Source: Acidimicrobiia bacterium
Lineage (GTDB): Bacteria; Acidobacteriota; Vicinamibacteria; Vicinamibacterales; SCN-69-37
Length of the DNA stretch: 64,000 nt
Reading direction: 5' to 3'
NCBI GenBank assembly: GCA_045862915.1
Contig: BTVE01000011.1
Location: forward strand, 15,182 to 79,181
Shown here: positions 18,165 to 27,262 of the stretch, in pieces
Layout of the letters: each line of letters begins with the position of its first letter
Numbering within the stretch: position 1 is the stretch's first letter
Notes under the pieces: model-generated
Database searches by the model: none
The model's input: the letters and a program-made list of their open reading frames with translations, nothing else
Told to the model about the DNA's origin: nothing
Translations under genes and position numbers: made by a program

Positions 18165-18221
18165 TCTTGTATGTTGTGATTCTCATCGACGGATGAGGAC
18201 GGCCCGCTCAGAGACTGGTCC

Positions 18222-19451
18222 ATGCGTCACGGCTTCGAGCCTGTCATGGAGATGAAGCCTGAGCGGGCCACCAACGCTGCCTCGACAGGTCGGACGGTAT
18301 CCGAAGATTTCTGGCGGGAGGTGCAGGAAGGATTCACCCTCGACCGCACCATCATCAACCTCAACAACGGCGGCGTGTGCCCCAGTCCCCGCGTCGTGCA
18401 CGAAGCGCTGAAGCGCTATCTCGACATTTCCAACCAGTCGCCCGTGTATCACATGTGGCAGGTGCTGGAGCCGAACATCGAGTCGGTGCGTCGTGAGCTC
18501 GCGCGCGACATCGGCGCGGATCCGTCAACGATTGCGATTACGCGGAATGCGAGTGAGTCCCTCCAGACGGCCCAGCTGGGCATCGATCTGAAGCCGGGTG
18601 ACGAAGTTCTGACGACCAATCAGGATTATGGCCGGATGCTGCAGACCTGGGAGCAGCGGGTCACGCGCGACGGCATCAAACTCACCAAAATCCCCTTCCC
18701 TGTACCGCCAACACAGGCCGACCTCGTGCGGCGATTCGAGCAGGCGATCACGCCGGCGACGAAGGTCATTCACTTCTGCCACATCACGAACCTCACGGGA
18801 CACATCTTCCCGGCGAAGGAAATCTGTGACCTCGCACGGCGGCGGGGCATTCTGACGATCGTGGACGGGGCCCATGCCTATGCACATTTCCCGTTCAAGA
18901 TCACGGACTTCGACTGTGACTACTACGGCAGCAGTCTGCACAAGTGGCTGCTGGCGCCCATCGGCACTGGGCTGCTGTACGTCCGGCCCGATCGCATCGA
19001 GAAGACCTGGGCGCTGCAGCCGCCACCGGTCGGCCTGAATACGTCGATCAAGAAGTTTGAGGAGATCGGCACCCACCCGGCGGCCAACCACAATGCCATT
19101 GCCGAGGCACTGGTGTTCCATAGGGGCATTGGGGCCGAACGCAAGGCGGCGCGTCTGCGCTACCTGAAGGCGCGCTGGGCCGAGGCGCTGCGGACACTGC
19201 CGAAGATCCAGCTGCACACCAGCCTGGATCCCGCGCTGTCATGCGCCATCGGCACTGTGGGTATCGAAGGGATGAAGCCGGGTGACATCGCGTCGAAGTT
19301 GTGGGCCGACCACCGCATCATCGTGACGCCGATTACCGTGGGGCCGGCCGAGTCGCCCGAGTACGCCGGTGTCCGGGTGACACCCAACGTCTACACCACG
19401 CTGGATGAAGTGGACACCTTTATCGGGGCGATGCAGAAGCTCGCGCGATAG
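18222..19451 (+). CDS. Class V PLP-dependent aminotransferase-fold enzyme (cysteine desulfurase / isopenicillin-N-epimerase-like)
   Basis: 409 aa. Motifs: INLNNGGVCPSP, ITRNASESL, VDGAHAYAH, YYGSSLHKWLLAP (PLP-lysine context). An alternative start at 18249 (MEMKPE) is possible. Confidence 0.8.
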   Translation: MRHGFEPVMEMKPERATNAASTGRTVSEDFWREVQEGFTLDRTIINLNNGGVCPSPRVVHEALKRYLDISNQSPVYHMWQVLEPNIESVRRELARDIGADPSTIAITRNASESLQTAQLGIDLKPGDEVLTTNQDYGRMLQTWEQRVTRDGIKLTKIPFPVPPTQADLVRRFEQAITPATKVIHFCHITNLTGHIFPAKEICDLARRRGILTIVDGAHAYAHFPFKITDFDCDYYGSSLHKWLLAPIGTGLLYVRPDRIEKTWALQPPPVGLNTSIKKFEEIGTHPAANHNAIAEALVFHRGIGAERKAARLRYLKARWAEALRTLPKIQLHTSLDPALSCAIGTVGIEGMKPGDIASKLWADHRIIVTPITVGPAESPEYAGVRVTPNVYTTLDEVDTFIGAMQKLAR

Positions 19452-19481
19452 CATCGCTGTGGACTGGTAAAATCAGACGCC

Positions 19482-20690
19482 ATGTCGACCGAGACACACA
19501 TCCGGGTGGCCGCCCGCGTTCACGGGTTCACCTACGCCATTCGGAACGTCGTCGCTGAGGCGCGCAAGGTCGAGGCGGCAGGACGCACGGTGCGGTACCT
19601 CAACATCGGGGACCCGATCCCGTTCGGATTTCAGCCGCCGCCGCACCTGGTGGAAGCCGTTGAACGAGCCATGCGGGACGGACACAACGGCTACACCGCC
19701 TCGGTCGGTGTCACGCCCGCACGGGAAGCCGTGGCAGCCGAATACGAACGGCGCGGCATGCCGGTGGGTGTTGATCGGGTCATCCTGACGTCGGGCACAT
19801 CGGAAGGCATCGAGCTGGCGCTTGGCGCACTGGCCGACGCGGGCGATGAGGTGCTGGTGCCCACGCCCACCTATCCGCTCTACACGGCGGTGCTCGCCAA
19901 ACTTGGCGCGCGCGCGGTCTACTACCGCACCGATCCCACCAATGGCTGGTTGCCGGATCTCGACGACATCCGGTCCAAGGTCAGCAACCTCACGCGTGCG
20001 CTCGTGGTGATCGATCCCAACAATCCGACCGGCGCGGTGTACCCGGAAGCCACCCGGCGTGAACTGATTGCGCTGGCCGAACGGACGGGCGTGCCGATTC
20101 TTGCCGACGAGGTGTACGGCGACCTCGGCTTTGATGGTCCATCGCCGCTGCTGGGCAGCCTCGCACCCGACGCGCCCATCCTGTCGTTTTCGTCCCTGTC
20201 CAAGGCGTATGTGGCGCCGGGGTGGCGTGCTGGCTGGCTCACCGTTGGTCGATCAGAACGGCTCAACGACGTACTCGCGGCCATCAAGAAACTCGCGGAT
20301 GGCCGCCTCTGCAGCACCGGCCCGATGCAGTTTGCGATTGCGGCGGCCCTCAATGGCGATCGCACGCACCAGCAGGAGTTCGTCAAGGCCCTGAGCCTGC
20401 GTGCGCAGATCACCATGGAGCACTTCTCGCGGATACCAGGCATGTCGTGTGTCGCACCGCAGGCCGCGTTTTACGCGATGCCCAAGGTCGACCTGCCCGC
20501 CGGTGTCACCGATGAGGACTACGTGCTGGCCCTGCTGCGCGAGACCGGCATTCTCTGTGTGTACGGCTCGGGGTTCGGGCTGCCTGCCGACCAGGGCTAC
20601 TTCCGCGTCGTCTTTCTGGCGACGCCGGATGTGCTGGCGTCCATCTATGCCGACATCGCGTCGTTCACCCAGGCGTTCCTCAGTCGATAA
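19482..20690 (+). CDS. Class I/II PLP-dependent aminotransferase (AlaA/AspC-like)
   Basis: 402 aa. Motifs: YLNIGDP, GYTASVG, NPNNPTGAVY, SFSSLSKAYVAPGWRAGW (PLP lysine), and FRVVFL. Confidence 0.85.
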   Translation: MSTETHIRVAARVHGFTYAIRNVVAEARKVEAAGRTVRYLNIGDPIPFGFQPPPHLVEAVERAMRDGHNGYTASVGVTPAREAVAAEYERRGMPVGVDRVILTSGTSEGIELALGALADAGDEVLVPTPTYPLYTAVLAKLGARAVYYRTDPTNGWLPDLDDIRSKVSNLTRALVVIDPNNPTGAVYPEATRRELIALAERTGVPILADEVYGDLGFDGPSPLLGSLAPDAPILSFSSLSKAYVAPGWRAGWLTVGRSERLNDVLAAIKKLADGRLCSTGPMQFAIAAALNGDRTHQQEFVKALSLRAQITMEHFSRIPGMSCVAPQAAFYAMPKVDLPAGVTDEDYVLALLRETGILCVYGSGFGLPADQGYFRVVFLATPDVLASIYADIASFTQAFLSR

Positions 20691-20693
20691 GCC

Positions 20694-21404
20694 GTGAAGC
20701 TCTCGATCATCATGCCCGCCTACAACGAACGGCGGACCATCGAGACGATTGTCAATCGGGTGCTCGCCGTCGAGCTGCCGGGACTCACGCGCGAGATCGT
20801 CATCGTCAACGATGCGTCTACGGACGGGACGGCGGACATCCTGGCCACGATGGCTGCACGTGACGGCATCCGCGTGTTCACGCAGAACCCGAATCAGGGC
20901 AAGGGCGCGGCTGTGGCGCGCGGCATCCGCGAGGCGACCGGCGACATCCTGCTCATTCAGGACGCCGACCTCGAGTACGACCCGGCCGAGTACCCGAATC
21001 TGCTGCGCCACATCCTGCGCGGAGACGCCGACGTGGTGTACGGATCGAGGTTCCTCGGCTCTCCGCATGGACATCGCGTTCTGTATTTCTGGCACTCGGT
21101 CGGCAACCGATTGCTCACGCTGCTCTCCAATGCCGTCACCGACTTGAACCTGACCGACATGGAGACCTGCTACAAGGTCTTCACGAAGGACGTGGCGAAG
21201 CGGCTCGACCTCCAATCGAAGCGGTTCGGCATGGAGCCGGAAATGACCTGCAAGTTTGCCCGCATGCGTGTGCGCATCTACGAGGTGCCCATCTCGTACC
21301 ACGGGCGCACGTACGCCGAAGGCAAGAAGATCGGCCTGAAGGACGCATTCGAGGCGTTCTGGACGATCATGCGTTACGCCCGCTGGTCCCCGCCCGCGCA
21401 ATGA
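20694..21404 (+). CDS. Family 2 glycosyltransferase (polyprenol-phosphate sugar synthase-like)
   Basis: 236 aa with a GTG start. Motifs: LSIIMPAYNE, VNDASTDGT, and IQDADLEYDP (DXD). Confidence 0.85.
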   Translation: MKLSIIMPAYNERRTIETIVNRVLAVELPGLTREIVIVNDASTDGTADILATMAARDGIRVFTQNPNQGKGAAVARGIREATGDILLIQDADLEYDPAEYPNLLRHILRGDADVVYGSRFLGSPHGHRVLYFWHSVGNRLLTLLSNAVTDLNLTDMETCYKVFTKDVAKRLDLQSKRFGMEPEMTCKFARMRVRIYEVPISYHGRTYAEGKKIGLKDAFEAFWTIMRYARWSPPAQ

Positions 21405-23356
21405 CGCGCAGATCTGCTGCAGTCGCCGCCGCGCTGTATCTCGCTGCGGCACTGCTGATGACGTGGCCGCTGGCGCGCGTCATCGATCAGGAGATCGCCT
21501 GGGATCTGGGCGACCCCCTCTTCAACGCCTGGGTGCTCCTCTGGACGAGTGGCCAGGTGCTCGCGTTTCTCGGCGGCGACTGGTCGGCACTCAGCCGGTT
21601 CTGGCACGGCAACATCTTTCATCCCGAACGGCTGACGATTGCGTATTCGGAGCACCTGTTCCCGCAGATGCTGCAGGCGCTTCCCGTCCTTGGCCTGACC
21701 GACAACGCAGTACTGGCCTACAACCTGCTGTTCCTGTCGACGTTTGTGCTGTCGGGCCTTGGCACCTTCCTCTTCGTGCGCGAGCTCACAAAGAACCCGC
21801 TGGCCGCATTCATCGCGGGATTGGCGTTTGCGTTCACGCCGTACCGGGTGTCTCAGCTCTCGCACCTGCAGGTGCTGTCGGTGCAGTGGATGCCGCTGGT
21901 GTTGTTCGCATTTCGTCGTTACTTCGAAACCAGGCGCCTGACGCCACTGGCCTGGGGCTCGGCGGCGCTGGTCGTGCAGAACCTGTCCTGCGGCTACTAC
22001 CTGCTGTTTTTTGCGCCGTTTGTCGGCCTCTACGTGATCTTCGAGATGGCGACGCGTGGACTGCTGCTGCAGTGGCAGGAGTGGCGACGCTGGATCATTG
22101 CGGCACTAATCGCCCTGGCGTGTACGTTCCCGTTCCTGCGCCCCTATCTCGAGGTGCGCGAGGGCACCAGCGCGGTCGGCGTCCGCACCGCCGGCGAGAT
22201 CGCCCTGTTCTCTGCCGACGTACACGCGCTCGCAACGGCGCCGCCGGCGCTCTGGATCTGGGGGGAACGCCTGCAGGCCTTCCCACGCGGCGAGGGCGAA
22301 GGATTCCTGGGTTTCACGATCCTGCTCCTGGCAGTCATTGGATGGGCCGCAGGACTTCTCAACGTCTGGAGGTCAACCGCCCGCACGGTGCCACGGCCGC
22401 CATGGCAGCAGGTGCTGATCGGGTTGGCCGCCGTGTTCCTCATCGGACAACTCATCGCCAGCGCCAGTTACCTCATCGCCGGGAGTTTCTCCCTGCACAT
22501 CGGTGACACACGCGTCACACACAGGGACGCGTCCGAGACGTTCACCGTGACGTTGGTGCTGATGGTTGCGGCTCTTTCGATCAGGCGCGTGCGGCGCCTG
22601 GTCTTCGGTACGACACACGTCATCACGGGATTTGTCGCGTGCTGCGCAATCCTGAGCACGGTGCTGGCCTTCGGACCATCCATCTCGGTTGGGGGCGACG
22701 TCATCGCACGTGGTCCGTACGACTGGTTCGTGGGTTTCGTCCCGGGCTTTGACGGCGTGCGTGTGCCGGCGCGCTTCTTGATGTTGACGGCACTGTTTCT
22801 CGCCGTCCTGTCCGGGTTCGGGATGGCGGTCCTGTTGCGCGCCGTGCCACGCCTGCGTGTCGTCACGGTCGCCACAATGGCGCTGATGATTCTCGCGGAG
22901 GCGTGGCCAGGACCGTTCCGCACGAACGTCAGGCTGGCCGCCGAGGGGTATTTGCCAACACCTCGTGAGATCGCGACCGGCGCCGACCTGCCGGCGGTGT
23001 ATCGCTACCTCAGGGACACACAGGAGCCCCTCATCCTCATTGAGCTGCCATTCGGCAGCCACGCATGGGATCTCCAGTCGGTCTACTACGCGGGGTATCA
23101 CAGGCGTCCGCTTGTGAACGGTTATTCCGGGTTTTTCCCCGAATCACAGCGCCACATGGTTACCGTGATGGACCTCGTGGGACAAAACCCCGATGCCGCG
23201 TGGCGAGGACTCGTCGCCTCTGGCGCCACACACGCCATCGTGCACGAAGACGCATTCATCGACAGTCAGAAGGGCCTCTACACCCAGTGGCTGCTCTCCC
23301 ATGGCGCGTCCGAAATCATGACGGACGGCGACATGCGCCTCTTCCGCATCCGGTAG
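21401..23356 (+). CDS. Large polytopic membrane protein coupled to the GT2 gene (GT-C-like candidate, function unassigned)
   Basis: 651 aa with a 4-bp overlap with the GT2 stop. It has >10 hydrophobic helices followed by a ~190-aa soluble C-terminal domain. Confidence 0.65.
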   Translation: MTRRSAAVAAALYLAAALLMTWPLARVIDQEIAWDLGDPLFNAWVLLWTSGQVLAFLGGDWSALSRFWHGNIFHPERLTIAYSEHLFPQMLQALPVLGLTDNAVLAYNLLFLSTFVLSGLGTFLFVRELTKNPLAAFIAGLAFAFTPYRVSQLSHLQVLSVQWMPLVLFAFRRYFETRRLTPLAWGSAALVVQNLSCGYYLLFFAPFVGLYVIFEMATRGLLLQWQEWRRWIIAALIALACTFPFLRPYLEVREGTSAVGVRTAGEIALFSADVHALATAPPALWIWGERLQAFPRGEGEGFLGFTILLLAVIGWAAGLLNVWRSTARTVPRPPWQQVLIGLAAVFLIGQLIASASYLIAGSFSLHIGDTRVTHRDASETFTVTLVLMVAALSIRRVRRLVFGTTHVITGFVACCAILSTVLAFGPSISVGGDVIARGPYDWFVGFVPGFDGVRVPARFLMLTALFLAVLSGFGMAVLLRAVPRLRVVTVATMALMILAEAWPGPFRTNVRLAAEGYLPTPREIATGADLPAVYRYLRDTQEPLILIELPFGSHAWDLQSVYYAGYHRRPLVNGYSGFFPESQRHMVTVMDLVGQNPDAAWRGLVASGATHAIVHEDAFIDSQKGLYTQWLLSHGASEIMTDGDMRLFRIR

Positions 23357-23366
23357 ACTTGGCGTC

Positions 23367-24533
23367 ATGCGCCAGGATCGGCGAAGCGGTCCGGAACGAT
23401 TCTTCGACGAATACACACGGGGATTCGACCGTACCGAGTTCCAGCGGCTCTTCACGCGTGACACCGCGGAGACATGGCGGTACTTCTCGCGCGGCATCGA
23501 TCAGCAGGCGCTTGCCAAGGAGCCCTGGTATCGACGCTGGGCGATCCATGGACGCCTCTTCCTCAAAGCCTTTGCGATGCGGCTCTCCCCGGGACGCCGC
23601 GTGTTGTACGGCTTCGGCATCGTCGCCCTCCTGTTCGGACTCCTGGATCTGTTTGCGGGATTCGGACCCGTGCATGTCCTGCTGTTCCCCTTCGACGTCA
23701 CGTTCTGGTTGCCGCAGTGGGAAGAAGGTACGTCGTGGATGATTCTTGCGTTTGTCGCGATTCATCTGCTCGTGCTGATGGAAGTCGCCGATCGGTTGTC
23801 ACTCAAGAGTGACCTCGAGATCGCGCGTGACATCCAGATCGCCATGTTGCCGCGCGGACAGCACACGACGGGCGACGCGCGGGTGTTCGGTACGACACGG
23901 CCGGCCAACACGGTGGGTGGGGACTTCTACGACGTCTTGCCGCTGTCGGACGGTCGCGTGATGGTGGCCATTGGCGACGTCGCAGGCAAGGGCAGCCCGG
24001 CAGCGTTGCTCATGGCCCTGCTGCTCGCGATGCTGCGCACGCTTGTGGACGAAGGCCTCGACGCGCGTCGGTTGATGACACGCCTCAACGTGCAGATCTG
24101 CCGGCACAGCCCGGGCTCGCGCTTCATCACGTTTTTCTACGGTCTGTACGAACCCACCACCGGCGCACTCGAGTTCGTCAACGCCGGCCATCTGCCTCCG
24201 ATGGTGCGACGCGCGTCAGGCGACCTGGAGCGGCTGGAAGGCGGCGGCATGGCGCTGGGCATGTTCGATCACGCAACGTTTGAGCCGCATCACACCGTCA
24301 TCCGTCCAGGCGATGCGCTGGTGCTGTTCACCGACGGCATCACCGAGGCGGAGAATCGCGAGGGGCGCGCGTTTGAAGATGACGGTCTCGCCCTCATCCT
24401 GCGCCATCGCCAGGACGAACGTGACCCGGAGGCCCTCGCGCGTGCCGTCATCAGCGCGGTCGAGGCGCACGCAGGTGATGTGCGGCTCAGCGACGACCTG
24501 ACCATCGCCGTGTTGAGCAGGAGCGCTGTGTGA
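23367..24533 (+). CDS. Membrane-anchored SpoIIE/PP2C-family phosphatase
   Basis: 388 aa with two or three TM helices, then the PPM core: GGDFYDV, IGDVAGKGSPAALLMA, FVNAGHLPP, TDGITEA, DDLTIAVL. Confidence 0.8.
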   Translation: MRQDRRSGPERFFDEYTRGFDRTEFQRLFTRDTAETWRYFSRGIDQQALAKEPWYRRWAIHGRLFLKAFAMRLSPGRRVLYGFGIVALLFGLLDLFAGFGPVHVLLFPFDVTFWLPQWEEGTSWMILAFVAIHLLVLMEVADRLSLKSDLEIARDIQIAMLPRGQHTTGDARVFGTTRPANTVGGDFYDVLPLSDGRVMVAIGDVAGKGSPAALLMALLLAMLRTLVDEGLDARRLMTRLNVQICRHSPGSRFITFFYGLYEPTTGALEFVNAGHLPPMVRRASGDLERLEGGGMALGMFDHATFEPHHTVIRPGDALVLFTDGITEAENREGRAFEDDGLALILRHRQDERDPEALARAVISAVEAHAGDVRLSDDLTIAVLSRSAV

Positions 24534-27247
24534 GGCGGGCTGGACTGACGCTGGCCACCGTGGTCGTCCTTGCCACGGCGGCCGTCGCGCAACAGTCGTC
24601 CGCGCCTCAGCGCCCCATGCAGGCCGACGGCATCGTTCGCCTGCTGACGGAACTTGAAAGCGCAATGGCCGGCAACAATCCGGATGAATTCCGCCGGCTC
24701 ACCGCTGCCTCGATGCCTGCGCTTGAGCAGGCCCAGTTCGTCACGTCCGCATTTGGCGACGGCCAGACCACGGCCTCGGTGCGCGAGCGTGATCGCCGCC
24801 CGAGCGACAACGGCTCACTCGTGCTCGTCGAGATGTTGACGGGCCGCGGCCGCCGCGGACGGATCGCCACATGGCAACTGCTGCTCACACCTGACGCCAA
24901 CGGCGCGTACACCATCGCCGGCGCCACGCCGGTCGCCGCGGTCGACGGCCTCGTGCAGGTCGACCTCGATACGACCCGCCAATACGAGGTGCACGACCTC
25001 GTCATGTCCGCGCCCGGCCTCACGGTGCGACTCGAGTCAGGCAAGGTCTTTCTGGCCACCGTCGAGGACGGACCCACGGGCCTCATCTTCCGTGGCAAGG
25101 GGACGATGGTGTTCACACCGCCGGATGCGGCCGAACAGGTGCAGGTGCGCGCGTTCAGCGGCCGGCCTACCCTCGAGTCGCAGCTTGAAACGGTGTTCCT
25201 GCGGCTGAGTCCGTTTGAATGGAGTTCGCGAATCCCGGCAGGCCACCTGACGCCTGTGGATGTGCATCCCGGCGATCTCGCCAGGGCGAAGCAGCTCTTC
25301 GAGCAATTCGGCAGGCGCAGCTACACGCTCAATCTGGGCGACCTGACCAGTGACCGGTGGTCGCTGCTGCCTCCGGTTGGCGACTCGTTGATCGAACTCG
25401 GCACTCGCCGGCACGGCAATCTGACGTACGTCCGGTCAGCCGACGATGCCGAAGACGTGTCCCTGTTTGATCGTCAGCGCGGCCGCAACATTTCCGTCTA
25501 CGCCTCCCCGGAGCGTCTGCTCACACGCGGGCCGGACTACTCGGAAGACGACGCAACGGCCTATGACGTGGAACACTACGCCGTTGACGTGCGCCTTGAT
25601 CCGGAACGCGACTGGATCAGCGGTCGCGGCTCGTTGCGCCTTCGCACGAAGGTGGACGGCCTCGCAACGTTGTCCCTGAAGCTCGCGGAGTCCCTGGCGG
25701 TCTCGTCCATCTCGTCACCCGATCTGGGCCGAGTGCTTGCGCTGCGCGTGCAGGGCCAGAGCGGCGTGCTCGTGAGCCTGCCCAGGGCCATGCCCATCGG
25801 CAGCATCATCGTGCTGGACGTGTACTACTCCGGACGACTGCCACCACAGGCCATCGAGCGCGAAGCGATCACCGTCGAGGCGGCAGCACAGCTGCAGAGT
25901 GTTCCCGATCCCCGTGGTCAGGACATCGTCATTCCGCCCGAGCCCCGGTTTCTGTACAGCAATCGCACCTACTGGTATCCGCAGGCGACCGTGACCGACT
26001 TTGCGACCGCAGCGATTCAGGTCACGGTGCCTGCACAGTTTCAGGTGGTGGCCAGCGGCAGCCTGATCAACTCCACCGTGACGCCTGCGCCTGAAGGTGA
26101 AGGGCGGAGCGGTGACTCGCGCGCCGAGCGGGTCGTGCAGTTCCTGGCCGATCGCCCCCTGCGTTACATCGCCTGCATCGTCAGCCGGTTTGTGCCGGTT
26201 GGCAGCGCCCCCGTGGCGGTGCCGGCGGTGGCGGCGCCGCGCCTGACGCTCGAGGGCCGGCCGGGTCAGGCTGACGCGGCGGTCGTGGCGGTGGATGTGG
26301 TGGCGACGCCCCGCCTGCTGCGATCGAACCGATCGCTGCCGGAACGTGTGGCGGACATCCTGTCGTTTTTCGCCAACACGATCGGGGAGGCGCCGTATCC
26401 CAACATGACGCTCGCGACGCTGGACGCCGAAATCCCGAGCGGCCACAGTCCGGCGTTTTTTGCCGTGTGGAATCAACCGACGCTGCCGACGACCCTCAGC
26501 TGGCGCGACGACCCCGTGGCCCTGAATGGGCACCAGTTCTTTTTCCTGGCGCATGAAATTGCGCACCAGTGGTTCGGCCAGGCCATCGGCTGGAAGAACT
26601 ACCACGAGCAATGGCTGAGCGAAGGCCTGTCCCAGTACTTTGCGGCGATGTATGCCGCTCGGGATCGTGGTGAGGACATTGAACGGCAGCTCTTCAAGCA
26701 GATGCGCGACAGCGCCATGGACCTCTCGAAACATGGGCCGGTCCACCTGGGATACCGGCTGGGACACATTCAGGGGGACGGCCGGATTTTCCGGGGGCTG
26801 GTCTACAACAAATCCGCCGTCGTCCTGCACATGCTCCGCCGCATGATTGGCGGCGATGCCTTTGACCGGGGCATCCGCCGGTTTTACCGGGAACACCGCT
26901 TCAGCAAAGCCGGGACACGCGACCTGCAGGCCGCGTTTGAAGCTGAGGCAGGGGTCTCGCTCGACCGGTTCTTTGCCAGGTGGATTCTCGGCTATACCCT
27001 GCCTGACGCCCGGCTGACCTGGCGGATGGACGGCGACACGGGATACGTGACGGTACAAGTGGAGCAGTCGGGGGAGGTCTTCGACTTTCCCCTGACCGTG
27101 ACCCTGCAGTTACGTGACGGCCACCCGGACCAGACGGTGACCATGCTGATCACCAGCGCCGTGCACGAGGTCCGGCTGCCTGTGCCTGCCGCGGTCCGCC
27201 AGGTGGACCCGCGCGATGAACTGACGTTGGCCAACGTCAGGCGCTGA
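24530..27247 (+). CDS. M1-family (gluzincin) metallopeptidase-like protein, secreted
   Basis: 905 aa with a GTGA overlap with the upstream stop and a signal peptide. It has HEIAHQWFG...WLSEGLSQYF (HEXXH-X18-E). Confidence 0.8.
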   Translation: MRRAGLTLATVVVLATAAVAQQSSAPQRPMQADGIVRLLTELESAMAGNNPDEFRRLTAASMPALEQAQFVTSAFGDGQTTASVRERDRRPSDNGSLVLVEMLTGRGRRGRIATWQLLLTPDANGAYTIAGATPVAAVDGLVQVDLDTTRQYEVHDLVMSAPGLTVRLESGKVFLATVEDGPTGLIFRGKGTMVFTPPDAAEQVQVRAFSGRPTLESQLETVFLRLSPFEWSSRIPAGHLTPVDVHPGDLARAKQLFEQFGRRSYTLNLGDLTSDRWSLLPPVGDSLIELGTRRHGNLTYVRSADDAEDVSLFDRQRGRNISVYASPERLLTRGPDYSEDDATAYDVEHYAVDVRLDPERDWISGRGSLRLRTKVDGLATLSLKLAESLAVSSISSPDLGRVLALRVQGQSGVLVSLPRAMPIGSIIVLDVYYSGRLPPQAIEREAITVEAAAQLQSVPDPRGQDIVIPPEPRFLYSNRTYWYPQATVTDFATAAIQVTVPAQFQVVASGSLINSTVTPAPEGEGRSGDSRAERVVQFLADRPLRYIACIVSRFVPVGSAPVAVPAVAAPRLTLEGRPGQADAAVVAVDVVATPRLLRSNRSLPERVADILSFFANTIGEAPYPNMTLATLDAEIPSGHSPAFFAVWNQPTLPTTLSWRDDPVALNGHQFFFLAHEIAHQWFGQAIGWKNYHEQWLSEGLSQYFAAMYAARDRGEDIERQLFKQMRDSAMDLSKHGPVHLGYRLGHIQGDGRIFRGLVYNKSAVVLHMLRRMIGGDAFDRGIRRFYREHRFSKAGTRDLQAAFEAEAGVSLDRFFARWILGYTLPDARLTWRMDGDTGYVTVQVEQSGEVFDFPLTVTLQLRDGHPDQTVTMLITSAVHEVRLPVPAAVRQVDPRDELTLANVRR

Positions 27248-27262
27248 TAGAATTCAGGGGTT

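Noticed and set aside
20253-21452. 399-aa minus-strand ORF
   Set aside because: It is antisense to the aminotransferase 3' end and the whole GT2 gene, both of which carry clear catalytic motifs.
25715-27058. 447-aa minus-strand ORF
   Set aside because: It is antisense to the M1 peptidase region that contains HEIAHQWFG. It has no motifs of its own.
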